A stretch of 57,961 nt of DNA from an uncultured Candidatus Saccharibacteria bacterium (GTDB lineage Bacteria > Patescibacteriota > Minisyncoccia > UBA6257 > 2-01-FULL-56-20): the NCBI GenBank assembly GCA_964361595.1, contig CAYIAX010000001.1, positions 164,128 through 222,088 of the forward strand, written 5' to 3'. Positions 9,078 through 17,031 of the stretch are shown piece by piece (the first letter of the stretch is position 1; each line of letters begins with the position of its first letter). A program made the translations under genes and the position numbers. The notes under the pieces were generated by a model. That model worked only from the letters and a program-made list of their open reading frames with translations. It did not search any database and was not told the origin of the DNA.

Positions 9078-9918
9078 TAAACGGCTTCGGCCGTTCGCCT
9101 TCAACTTGGATCGTCTGGAGCTCTAACGTACCGCCTTTGAAGTCTGCTTTAATAAGCTTCACGCGTTTTCCTTTATATTCGGTCCAGGCCCCTGGCTCGG
9201 GCGTGAAGGCTCTGATCTTAGACCAGAGCTCGGCCGCGGTTCCCGTTTTGCTTTTTGAGGCACGTGTAAGTTCTTCGAACGGAATAAAGGCATCGGCGGC
9301 CGTAAATTTTTTCGTATAGGTTGCCCGCAGTTCGTCTTGGGGAAAGGGGATCAGCTTGTTATCCAAATACTGCGGTACGGTTTCCAAAAGCAGTTCTGCA
9401 CCCAAGTCGGCGAGTTTCAGCAAGAGTTCTTCCGAATTTAACTTATCGGTTTCGATGGCGCGAGTTGCGAGAACTGGTCCGTGATCCATGCGTTCATCCA
9501 TTAAGTACAAAGTCACCCCGGTTTCTTTTTCGCCGGCTAAAATGGCCGACTGCACCGGGGAGGCGCCGCGATAGCGCGGCAAAAGCGACGGATGGACGCC
9601 GATAAACCCGCGGGCGGGCAAATGGAGCATAAAGGCGGGCAGAATATGGGCGTAGGCTGCAACCAGGCCGAATTGCGGCGCGAGCGCGGCCAGATTTTCC
9701 GCGATGGCTTCGGGTTCCTCGGGTTGGAGCACGGGGGTCTCGTGCGCGAGCAATTTTTCGGCAATGACGGTTTTGACCGGCGGCGGCGTAATGATCTGCT
9801 TGCGTCCGGTGGGGCGATCAGGATTGCAGACAACGGCCAGGGGCGGCTGGCCGCCTTCAATTAATTTGCGCAAGACCCGTGCGGCAAAGTTCGGCGTCCC
9901 GAAGAAAACATAGCGCAT
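9067..9918 (-). CDS. fmt: Methionyl-tRNA formyltransferase
   Basis: N-terminal MRYVFFGTPNFA...VVCNPDRPTGRK and HPSLLPRYRGASP motifs typical of Fmt. Immediately downstream of def. Confidence 0.9.
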   Translation of the reverse strand: MRYVFFGTPNFAARVLRKLIEGGQPPLAVVCNPDRPTGRKQIITPPPVKTVIAEKLLAHETPVLQPEEPEAIAENLAALAPQFGLVAAYAHILPAFMLHLPARGFIGVHPSLLPRYRGASPVQSAILAGEKETGVTLYLMDERMDHGPVLATRAIETDKLNSEELLLKLADLGAELLLETVPQYLDNKLIPFPQDELRATYTKKFTAADAFIPFEELTRASKSKTGTAAELWSKIRAFTPEPGAWTEYKGKRVKLIKADFKGGTLELQTIQVEGERPKPFTSF

Positions 9919-9920
9919 AT

Positions 9921-10451
9921 CTATGTTTTTGACGCTGCAGCTTCCGATATATTTCTGGCTTTGTCGATGAAGAGGGCGCCATTCAAGTGGTCAATTTCAT
10001 GCTGAAAGACGCGGGCTAAAAGACCCCAGGCCTTGATCTTCACGGCTTTGCCATTCTTGTCGCAGCCGCTCACGGTTACCTGGGCGGGTCTCGTTACCTC
10101 GCCGAATTTACCGGGCACGCTCAAACAGCCCTCTTCGGCGGTGCTCTTTTCCAAACCTGCTTTCTCGAGCTTGGGATTTAAAACCGCATAAAGTTTCTGC
10201 CGTCCCTGGGCATCGGGAACGGCCGCGACGAAAAGCTGGTAAGGAAGCCCGATCTGGTTGGCGGAGAGACCGACGCCGTTAGCCGCTTTCATCGCCGCGT
10301 ACATTTTTTTGAGCAGACTCTCCATTTCCTTGCGGGTGAAGGCTTTTCCTTCGTGCTGCGGCTCGCCGCGTCCGGAAAAAGAAAACGGAACAGTTTTCTT
10401 GCGCAGAAAGCGCTCTTGGGTTTTGTTTGTGACGAGCCAGATTCCGGTCAT
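9921..10451 (-). CDS. def: Peptide deformylase
   Basis: Conserved GVGLSANQIG, EGCLSVPG and HEIDHLNG motifs. Confidence 0.9.
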   Translation of the reverse strand: MTGIWLVTNKTQERFLRKKTVPFSFSGRGEPQHEGKAFTRKEMESLLKKMYAAMKAANGVGLSANQIGLPYQLFVAAVPDAQGRQKLYAVLNPKLEKAGLEKSTAEEGCLSVPGKFGEVTRPAQVTVSGCDKNGKAVKIKAWGLLARVFQHEIDHLNGALFIDKARNISEAAASKT

Positions 10452-10774
10452 TTGCTTTTTTTGAGCGGCAATTTAAGTTGCCGTCGGGCGGGTTTCTTTT
10501 CCCGTTTGCGCATGGCTTTTAAACTTGGCAGTTGCGACATGAAATATGCAGCTTTATTCGTAACCCGTTTATTCTGGGAAATTTCTTTGGCTAGGCCCAA
10601 GAGCGGGCCGGCGGGATACTCGCGGGCGATCTTTATGTAAAGCGCCTTCTTCTTGGCCGTTGTTTCTCCAAGGAGGCGGGAGAGCTCGAGACCGGTCAAC
10701 TGATACGGCTTGTAGACGCGCGATTTGCGGGCTCGGCGCCGTAATTCCTCTAGATATGAACCTGTTTCCCGCAC
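10448..10774 (-). CDS. Hypothetical small basic protein (108 aa)
   Basis: ORF whose stop overlaps the def start by 4 nt (ATGA coupling). Lys/Arg-rich. No recognisable domain. Confidence 0.5.
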   Translation of the reverse strand: MRETGSYLEELRRRARKSRVYKPYQLTGLELSRLLGETTAKKKALYIKIAREYPAGPLLGLAKEISQNKRVTNKAAYFMSQLPSLKAMRKREKKPARRQLKLPLKKSK

Positions 10775-10851
10775 ATTTTCATTCTAAGCAAATGGAGGCA
10801 TCTGGGCAATCCAAACGCGATTTGCTATAATTAGAGTTACTTTGCTCAACT

Positions 10852-12075
10852 ATGCTTAAAAGCAGGCTGTTCTTGGTCTTAATCGGGGTGATCCTGGTCT
10901 CGGCGCTCGTTTCCGGCGGCGCTTTTTTGGGCTACCGCTTGGGTGAGCGGCATCCGCTCACGATCAAGCTTGAAGACGTTGCGAATGCCGAAACCGGGAA
11001 ACCGGGGACGGTGGACTTCGGCGAATTCTGGCAGGCCTGGAGCGTGATCCGGGAAAATTATCTGAAGGACAAGGACATCGCCGCGCAGGCCAAGATTTAT
11101 GGCGCGATCAAGGGCCTTGTCGCCTCGCTCGGCGATCCGCATTCGGAATTCTTTACGCCCGAAGAAAATAAAAAATTCCAAGAAGACATCCGCGGCAAAT
11201 TCGGCGGCATTGGCGCGGAAATCGGGATCCGCAGCAATCAGCTTGTCGTTGTGGCACCCTTAAAGGATACTCCCGCCAGCCGCGCCGGTTTGCGCGCGAA
11301 CGATAAAATTTTACTTATTAATTCTTCTTCGACCGAGGGCTTGACCGTGAATGCGGCCGTGCAGATGATCCGCGGCGAGGAGGGCACACAGGTTAAATTA
11401 ACGATTTTGCGCGAAGGCTGGGACGCGCCTAAGGAATTTGAGATTACGCGCGCCGCGATCATTATTCCGACGCTGGACTTAACAATGAAGGAAGGGGACA
11501 TTACCTACATCCAGCTTTACAGCTTCAACGAGAACGCAAACCGGCTTTTCTACGAGGCCATCTATAATGCTTCCAAACAAAATGCCAAAGGGGTAATCCT
11601 CGACTTGCGCAACAATCCTGGCGGATTTCTCGAGGTCTCGGTTGATTTGGCCGGCTGGTTTTTGCCGCGAGGAACGCTGGTTGTGAGCGAAGCTACACGG
11701 ACAGAGGTATCCGAAGAATTCAAAGCCAACGGAAACGCGGCTTTGGCGGAGATCCCGACGGTAATTATTATCAACGGCGGTTCGGCTTCCGCGTCGGAAA
11801 TTTTAGCGGGAGCGCTACGCGACCAGCGGCAGATAAAACTTGTAGGGGAAACGAGCTACGGTAAGGGGACCGTACAGCAAATAATCCCCCTCAAGAACGA
11901 TTCGACGATCAAGCTCACGATTGCGCATTGGGTTCTGCCGGGAGGACAAATTTTAGAAACCGGACTTAAACCGGATTATGAAGTGAAGCTTACTGAAAAA
12001 GACGCGGAGGACGGCAAAGATCCACAGCTTGATAAAGCGATCGAAGTCCTTAGGTCGGAAATAACCAATTCCTAG
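10852..12075 (+). CDS. S41 carboxy-terminal processing peptidase
   Basis: N-terminal TM, PDZ-like segment, and S41 motifs LDLRNNPGG, NGGSASASEILAGAL and GETSYGKGTVQ. TGCTATAAT (extended -10) at 10823-10831 upstream. Confidence 0.85.
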   Translation: MLKSRLFLVLIGVILVSALVSGGAFLGYRLGERHPLTIKLEDVANAETGKPGTVDFGEFWQAWSVIRENYLKDKDIAAQAKIYGAIKGLVASLGDPHSEFFTPEENKKFQEDIRGKFGGIGAEIGIRSNQLVVVAPLKDTPASRAGLRANDKILLINSSSTEGLTVNAAVQMIRGEEGTQVKLTILREGWDAPKEFEITRAAIIIPTLDLTMKEGDITYIQLYSFNENANRLFYEAIYNASKQNAKGVILDLRNNPGGFLEVSVDLAGWFLPRGTLVVSEATRTEVSEEFKANGNAALAEIPTVIIINGGSASASEILAGALRDQRQIKLVGETSYGKGTVQQIIPLKNDSTIKLTIAHWVLPGGQILETGLKPDYEVKLTEKDAEDGKDPQLDKAIEVLRSEITNS

Positions 12076-12142
12076 CTACTAACCCCAAAATTAGTGGCAT
12101 TCGGATGTAATTCGGATTTTTGGGATCGCAATTAAAAAAACA

Positions 12143-12592
12143 ATGAAAGTAATCTTACTCGCTGACGTGCGCGGCACGGGCAAAAAATACGAAATCAAGG
12201 ATGTTTCCGACGGCTACGCGCGGAACTTTCTTTTGCCTAAGAATTTGGCTAAAGTTGCGACGCCTAAAGCCCTTGCAGAGTTGGCAGAAACGCAAAAAGA
12301 AGCGGTTTTAAACGACGAAGAAATACGGAAGAATTTAACGGAGCTCGCCCGCAAGTTGAATGAAAGTTATATCGAATTTCCGATGCGAACGGACGACACA
12401 GGAGCCGTTTTCGGCTCGGTGAATAAAGAAATGATCTTAAAAGCGATGCGCGAGCATAAATGGCTGGGGAAGGAGCGGGTGGAAATAGTTTTGGCGCACC
12501 CCTTAAAAACAATCGGCGAGCACATGGTGCCCGTCGATCTGAAAAAAGGAATTACGGCAAATTTGAAGGTAATTTTGTCCGCCCAGAGCTAG
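12143..12592 (+). CDS. rplI: 50S ribosomal protein L9
   Basis: [36 protein letters not shown] is the canonical L9 N-terminus. Confidence 0.9.
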   Translation: MKVILLADVRGTGKKYEIKDVSDGYARNFLLPKNLAKVATPKALAELAETQKEAVLNDEEIRKNLTELARKLNESYIEFPMRTDDTGAVFGSVNKEMILKAMREHKWLGKERVEIVLAHPLKTIGEHMVPVDLKKGITANLKVILSAQS

Positions 12593-12870
12593 TTTTCTGA
12601 ATCTACATTTACAACCGTAACGCGGCGGCTCGAACGATCGAAATGCCGCTTGTTGCGGGTTGAGAAGCGAACGACGCCCGCAGACATTGCAAAAAGCGTG
12701 TCGTCTTCGGCCCGGCCGACATTGCGGCCGGGGAAATATTTGGTGCCGCGTTGGCGGATGATGATCTGGCCCACAAATGCTTTTTGGCCGTCCTGCATCT
12801 TCACGCCCAAGCGCTTCGAAATCGAATCGCGCCCTAATTTAGTTGAACCTCCGGCTTTAGTATGTGCCAT
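12589..12870 (-). CDS. rpmA: 50S ribosomal protein L27
   Basis: [16 protein letters not shown]...[17 protein letters not shown] is the canonical L27 sequence. No Firmicute-type N-terminal extension. Confidence 0.95.
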   Translation of the reverse strand: MAHTKAGGSTKLGRDSISKRLGVKMQDGQKAFVGQIIIRQRGTKYFPGRNVGRAEDDTLFAMSAGVVRFSTRNKRHFDRSSRRVTVVNVDSEN

Positions 12871-13003
12871 CCCTCACCCAAAGAGGATTGCGAAGCCTGC
12901 AACTCCTCTTTACAATTAAATGACCTTTTGTTTGCTTGAAACATGGCTTGTTAGATTAAAATTCGGCTTCGGATTGTTGCCCATCCTCTTTGGGTGAGGG
13001 ATG
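12868..13003 (-). promoter_or_regulatory. rpmA 5-prime leader: long hairpin sequestering the start codon
   Basis: 21-nt perfect inverted repeat. 12868-12888 (catccctcacccaaagaggat) pairs with 12983-13003 (atcctctttgggtgagggatg). On the minus-strand RNA the 3-prime arm ends in the rpmA AUG. An extra 7-bp pairing (cgaagcc/ggcttcg) lies just inside. Confidence 0.5.
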
Positions 13004-13104
13004 AGCATTCTCCGGTCGGGATAGCCGTTCTTCCCGCTAACGGTAAAGAGTATAGGCCGGCGGCGGCGGGATGTCAATAAATCCAGGTTTGCTATACTTT
13101 AGAC

Positions 13105-13821
13105 GTGCAAAGCCAAAAGTTAATATTCGATATCGAAACAGTCGGCGAAGATTTTAATGGCCTGGACAAGGCCACGCAGGATGCTTTGACGCGCTGGATC
13201 AAGAAAGAAGCCGAAAGCGAAGAGGATTATAATCTGGCGCTCGAGGAGTTAAAGAACGGGCTCGGCTTTTCGCCGCTGACGGGCGAGATCGTGGCGATCG
13301 GGGTTTTGGATCACTACAAAGAAGAAGGCGTAGTCTATTTCCAGGCGCCCGGAGAAAAATTAGGAGAATCAAAAGAGGGCAGCATCACCTTCAAACCGAT
13401 GAGCGAAAAGGAAATGCTCGAAAAATTTTGGGAAGGCGCAAGGCACTACCAGCATTTCGTTACGTTTAACGGCCGCTGTTTCGACGTCCCGTTTTTGATG
13501 ATCCGGTCCGCGGTGCACGGCATCCGCCCCAGCAAGGATTTGATGCGCGGCCGTTATCTTTACCAGCATAATGCCGATGCCATTCATATTGATTTGCAGG
13601 ATCAGCTTACTTTCTACGGCGCTCTGCGGCGGCGCGGGGGATTGCACCTGTGGGCGCGGGCCTTCGGTATCGAAAGCCCGAAATCCGGCGGTATTACAGG
13701 GGACGACGTCGGCAGGCTGTTCAAAGAAAAGAAATATTTGGATATCGCCAAATACAATGTGGGCGATCTAAAAGCAACCCAAGCTTTATTTAAAAAATGG
13801 GAAACTTATCTGAATTTTTAA
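13105..13821 (+). CDS. Predicted 3-prime-5-prime exonuclease (PolB-exo/RNase H-like fold)
   Basis: Exo I motif LIFDIETVG near the N-terminus, later FNGRCFDVPFL and a C-terminal Y..DL motif. GTG start sits 6 nt after TGCTATACT (13090-13098). Confidence 0.7.
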   Translation: MQSQKLIFDIETVGEDFNGLDKATQDALTRWIKKEAESEEDYNLALEELKNGLGFSPLTGEIVAIGVLDHYKEEGVVYFQAPGEKLGESKEGSITFKPMSEKEMLEKFWEGARHYQHFVTFNGRCFDVPFLMIRSAVHGIRPSKDLMRGRYLYQHNADAIHIDLQDQLTFYGALRRRGGLHLWARAFGIESPKSGGITGDDVGRLFKEKKYLDIAKYNVGDLKATQALFKKWETYLNF

Positions 13822-13976
13822 ACCGCCGCCGCGATTGGATTTTATTCCACAAACGCGAATTGGTTTTTGCGCTCATTATTTTTCTCGTCGCCACCATTAG
13901 TTTCGGCTTAGGGTATCTGGCCAACCGCGAGTTCAACCACGTCCCGATCGTGATCAAGAAGAGCAGTGTGGATTAA
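13797..13976 (+). CDS. Possible small membrane protein (59 aa; below the ORF-track cut-off)
   Basis: Read by hand: ATG at 13797 gives MGNLSEFLNRRRDWILFHKRELVFALIIFLVATISFGLGYLANREFNHVPIVIKKSSVD, with TAA at 13974-13976. One clear TM helix. Overlaps the end of the preceding gene by 25 nt in another frame. Confidence 0.35.
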   Translation: MGNLSEFLNRRRDWILFHKRELVFALIIFLVATISFGLGYLANREFNHVPIVIKKSSVD

Positions 13977-14009
13977 GCATTGTCAATTGCCAGGTATCAA
14001 GCTACAACC

Positions 14010-14044
14010 GGAAATTGGAAATTGGTAATTGGAAATTGAGAATT
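14010..14044. repeat. 7-bp tandem array (GGAAATT x5)
   Basis: ggaaatt ggaaatt ggtaatt ggaaatt gagaatt, in phase, between convergent gene ends. Confidence 0.75.
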
Positions 14045-14045
14045 T

Positions 14046-14822
14046 CTAGATGTATCCAACTTTCTTTAACCAAACTTCATTTTCCCATTCCCAAAGCTTC
14101 TTCGCGCCCAAGAAAGCCTCGAAATCGCTTTGCCAATAGGGAAATTCCTGAAGTTCGATATCGCCCGTAAGTTCTGACCATTGGTGTTCCTCACACCGCC
14201 TTCTCCCATTCCCCATGTCGCTTGTCGCAAATCTTATCTTCTCGCGCCCGCCTTTAATTCTTCTCACGGCGCCACAGCTGCCGCAGCGCTGGATTTGGTC
14301 GATTCGCAAAATCCATCTTGTCTGCAGGTTTTCAAATTGATTCTTTAAGGCGTCAAGATATGCGGAAGTCTGCAAATTATAATCACGGTAAATGGCCTGC
14401 GAGGTCTTGATGTCGAGAACTCCGAACTTTCCTCCGATTAACGCAAGCGCGTCCACAGTTCCGGCGTACCGGTGATCAAAGCTGATAACGCGTTTCTCAA
14501 TCAGTTCCGGGGTAACCTGGATATTTCGTTGTTCGATAAAATTTAAAAACGAGTTTACGGCGGGGGCAATCGCGGCGGGAATTTCCGGTTTTTGTCCCAA
14601 TAATAGGGCCTCTACGGTTTCGTGGATCAGCGTGCCTTCTTCGGCGGATTTTTGCGTGATTGCCTGGCCGGCGCGAAAATTAGCGGCTTCGCCGTAGAAG
14701 CGGTAAAGCGCAGGTTTGGCTTTGATGGAAACGATTTTAGTTACCCTGGGGTACCAAGTATCATCAATCGTATAACCGTTCGCTTCTTTGAAGCTTTCGG
14801 GCGAATCGTAGTAATCGAACAT
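14046..14822 (-). CDS. PD-(D/E)XK (Cas4/RecB-like) nuclease-fold protein
   Basis: GTVDALALIGGKFGVLDIKTSQAIYRDYNLQTSAY matches the D...(D/E)xK...QxxxY nuclease core. Contains a Cys-containing insert (CGSCGAV...RRRCEEH). Confidence 0.6.
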   Translation of the reverse strand: MFDYYDSPESFKEANGYTIDDTWYPRVTKIVSIKAKPALYRFYGEAANFRAGQAITQKSAEEGTLIHETVEALLLGQKPEIPAAIAPAVNSFLNFIEQRNIQVTPELIEKRVISFDHRYAGTVDALALIGGKFGVLDIKTSQAIYRDYNLQTSAYLDALKNQFENLQTRWILRIDQIQRCGSCGAVRRIKGGREKIRFATSDMGNGRRRCEEHQWSELTGDIELQEFPYWQSDFEAFLGAKKLWEWENEVWLKKVGYI

Positions 14823-14861
14823 TCGTCTAACTATAACCCAGGCTGTGAACGAAACAAAGAT

Positions 14862-16220
14862 TTAACAGGCGCGCAGGGAAATACGCTTCGGTTTGGCGCG
14901 TAAAAGTTTCAGCGTATAATTTACGATATCTCCCGCGCCCATCATGACGATAACTTTGCCCGCGGGGTCGCCCAAGGCAAAAATCGCGTGGGGGATATGC
15001 TCTGGTTCGCGAAGATAAAACAAAGCTTTTTTGGGCTGCTGCTTTTGAATAGCGCGGGCGAGCGTCTCCGACGTGACATTATTCTTAGCTCCCTCGCGAC
15101 CGGTTACATGGTACAAGGGTAGAATTAAAGTCTCATCCGCTCCGTCAAAGGCGGTTTTAAAATCAGTGAATAGTGCTTTTAGCCGTTCCGCCTGGTGGGG
15201 CTGGAAAACGCAGACAATTTTGCGTTCGGGATAGGCGTCTTTCAAAGCCGCAAGCGTGGCCTTGATCTCTGTCGGGTGATGGGCGTAGTCGTCGTAAACC
15301 GGAGCGCCAAAAAAGTTTCCCTTGAGTTCAAGCCGCCGCCAGGCGCCGCGATAACTCTTAAGCGCCGCCAAAGCAGTTTTTTTGTCGGTGCCCAGAGCTT
15401 GCGCAGCGGTAAAGGCGGCTAGCGCATTCGAGACATTGTGCGAGCCGGGAATCTGCAAAACTGATTTTACAAGCCGGCCAGCTTTGCTTTTGGTCTTGAA
15501 CCAAAAAGTTTTTATGCTTTTGCGCTTGGCAATGGCGGCAATTTGGGACTTGAGCGATAGAATAAACTCATCATCTTGATTTAAAACAAAAATTCCATGC
15601 GGCTTAACATTTTGCAAAAAAGCCAGAAAAGCTGTTTTTATTCCGGCTAAATTTTTGTACGTGTCCAAATGCTCCTTGTCGATCGTAGTTAAAACCGCAA
15701 GAGCAGGGGAGTAGTGCAAAAATGCGCGGCCATACTCGTCAGCTTCAAGCACAAGATAAGGACTGCTGCCGGCTTCGAAATTCTTTCCATCCAGTTCTTT
15801 TAGCAAAGTGCCAACAACCGTGGTTGGGTTTAATTTTGCGCGTTTTAAAATTAACGCGAGCATGGCTGTGGTCGTGCTTTTGCCGTGTGCGCCCGCAACC
15901 GCGAGGGTTTCATAATGCCGCGTGAGCTCTCCGATCATTTCCGGGTAGGTAAGGGCAACCAGTCTTCGGCGCAAAGCTTCCTTGTATTCGGGATTTTTCA
16001 AGGAAACTGCCTGCGTGCGGATTATGAGTTTCGTTTCTTCGGGCAAATTTCGCTTATCGTGGCCGATGGTTAATTTAACGTTTTCGCGGCGCAAGATTCT
16101 TGTCAGTTCGCTTTCCGTAAGATCCGAGCCGGAGACCGTCCAGCCCTGCGAACGAAACCAAAGCGCGAGTGCGCTCATGCCGATACCGCCGATGCCGATA
16201 AAATGGACGTGCGGTTTCAT
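14862..16220 (-). CDS. murC: UDP-N-acetylmuramate--L-alanine ligase
   Basis: HFIGIGGIGMSALA N-terminus and GAHGKSTTTAM P-loop. Mur-ligase length and layout. Confidence 0.9.
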   Translation of the reverse strand: MKPHVHFIGIGGIGMSALALWFRSQGWTVSGSDLTESELTRILRRENVKLTIGHDKRNLPEETKLIIRTQAVSLKNPEYKEALRRRLVALTYPEMIGELTRHYETLAVAGAHGKSTTTAMLALILKRAKLNPTTVVGTLLKELDGKNFEAGSSPYLVLEADEYGRAFLHYSPALAVLTTIDKEHLDTYKNLAGIKTAFLAFLQNVKPHGIFVLNQDDEFILSLKSQIAAIAKRKSIKTFWFKTKSKAGRLVKSVLQIPGSHNVSNALAAFTAAQALGTDKKTALAALKSYRGAWRRLELKGNFFGAPVYDDYAHHPTEIKATLAALKDAYPERKIVCVFQPHQAERLKALFTDFKTAFDGADETLILPLYHVTGREGAKNNVTSETLARAIQKQQPKKALFYLREPEHIPHAIFALGDPAGKVIVMMGAGDIVNYTLKLLRAKPKRISLRAC

Positions 16221-16274
16221 GATTACATTATTGAATTTTCAGCTTATAATTTCCAGTTTCGACAAAGCTGAATC

Positions 16275-16598
16275 GTGTGGTATATAATGGACTTAGATGC
16301 CTTTTTTCATTTCGAAATGCACTTGGAGGGTGAAATGGAAGGGGACGGAAAATGGTTCCTTCTGCACAATACGTGCAAGAAGTGCAACATCACCACGCCA
16401 TATACCGTAATGTTTTGCGTGGGAACCGGCATACTCCTGCAGGTGAAGTGCCCCTGCTGCAAGAAGGAGATCGAGATTACTACCAAGCTTGGGTCCATCA
16501 TTAACTTCCTTAAATCGGACATTCCGATCAAGGGGAGTATCGCGGTCAGAACACCGCCGCTTGAAGAGGTGGAACCTTGTACGGAATTCAAGATGTAG
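16275..16598 (+). CDS. Small Cys-containing (zinc-ribbon-like) hypothetical protein
   Basis: CKKC ... CPCCKK motifs. Followed directly by a good intrinsic terminator. The start may be the ATG at 16287. Confidence 0.55.
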   Translation: MWYIMDLDAFFHFEMHLEGEMEGDGKWFLLHNTCKKCNITTPYTVMFCVGTGILLQVKCPCCKKEIEITTKLGSIINFLKSDIPIKGSIAVRTPPLEEVEPCTEFKM

Positions 16599-16630
16599 CG
16601 GTTTCCTAGGGAAGCCGCTTTTTTGTTTTC
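16597..16630 (+). terminator. Rho-independent terminator
   Basis: Stem AGCGGTTTCC / GGAAGCCGCT (one G-U pair), 3-nt loop, then TTTTTTGTTTT. Confidence 0.6.
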
Positions 16631-16653
16631 TTCTCGCCCATCTCCTTTACTCG

Positions 16654-16687
16654 CTTATTGGCTAATTCGCACGAATTAGCCAATAAG
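16654..16687. repeat. 34-bp perfect palindrome S1 (core CTAATTCG-CA-CGAATTAG)
   Basis: cttattggctaattcg ca cgaattagccaataag, arranged 16-2-16. Lies 45 nt upstream of the ArsR-family gene. Confidence 0.9.
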
Positions 16688-16731
16688 GCGGAAGAATCAA
16701 TTTGTGATTTGGCGAATATAAAAATGATATA

Positions 16732-17016
16732 ATGAATACAATGAAAGAACTCGAGCGCCAGCTTAAGGCGTTGGCTAATCGAAGACGTTTGTCGATTTTA
16801 AAGTATTTGAAGCGCCAGGGAGAAGCGTCTGTAGGTGAAATTTCTGCCGAGATCGGATTATCGTTCAAATCGACATCTCGACATTTAAGCGTGCTTTTGG
16901 CCGCAGATATTCTGGAGCGGACTCAGAGCAGCTTGCAAATGTTTTATTCCCTGTCGGGTTCTCCTTCTTCGCTCCTTAAGCACGTCTTATCCAATTATCT
17001 AATTCGCACGAATTAG
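16732..17016 (+). CDS. ArsR/SmtB-family winged-HTH transcriptional regulator
   Basis: LKALANRRRLSILKYLKRQGEASVGEISAEIGLSFKSTSRHLSVLLAADILE is a typical ArsR HTH. No Cys and no obvious metal-site His cluster. TGATATAAT at 16725-16733 overlaps the first ATG, so the in-frame ATG at 16741 may be a leaderless start. Confidence 0.8.
   Translation: MNTMKELERQLKALANRRRLSILKYLKRQGEASVGEISAEIGLSFKSTSRHLSVLLAADILERTQSSLQMFYSLSGSPSSLLKHVLSNYLIRTN
16999..17016. repeat. 18-bp palindrome S2 (CTAATTCG-CA-CGAATTAG)
   Basis: Same core as S1, S3 and S4. Overlaps the arsR-like stop codon and lies 2 nt upstream of a TATAAA box (17019-17024) that is 7 nt from the P1 ATG. Confidence 0.85.
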
Positions 17017-17031
17017 CCTATAAAGATTGCA

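Noticed and set aside
16732-17016. The ArsR-type protein as a zinc or arsenic sensor controlling a zinc-storage family.
   Set aside because: The 94-aa protein has no Cys and no alpha-3 (ELCVCDL-like) or alpha-5 (D.H...H..H/E) ligand set. Metal sensing is therefore unsupported, and I retain only generic DNA binding to the palindromes as a hypothesis.
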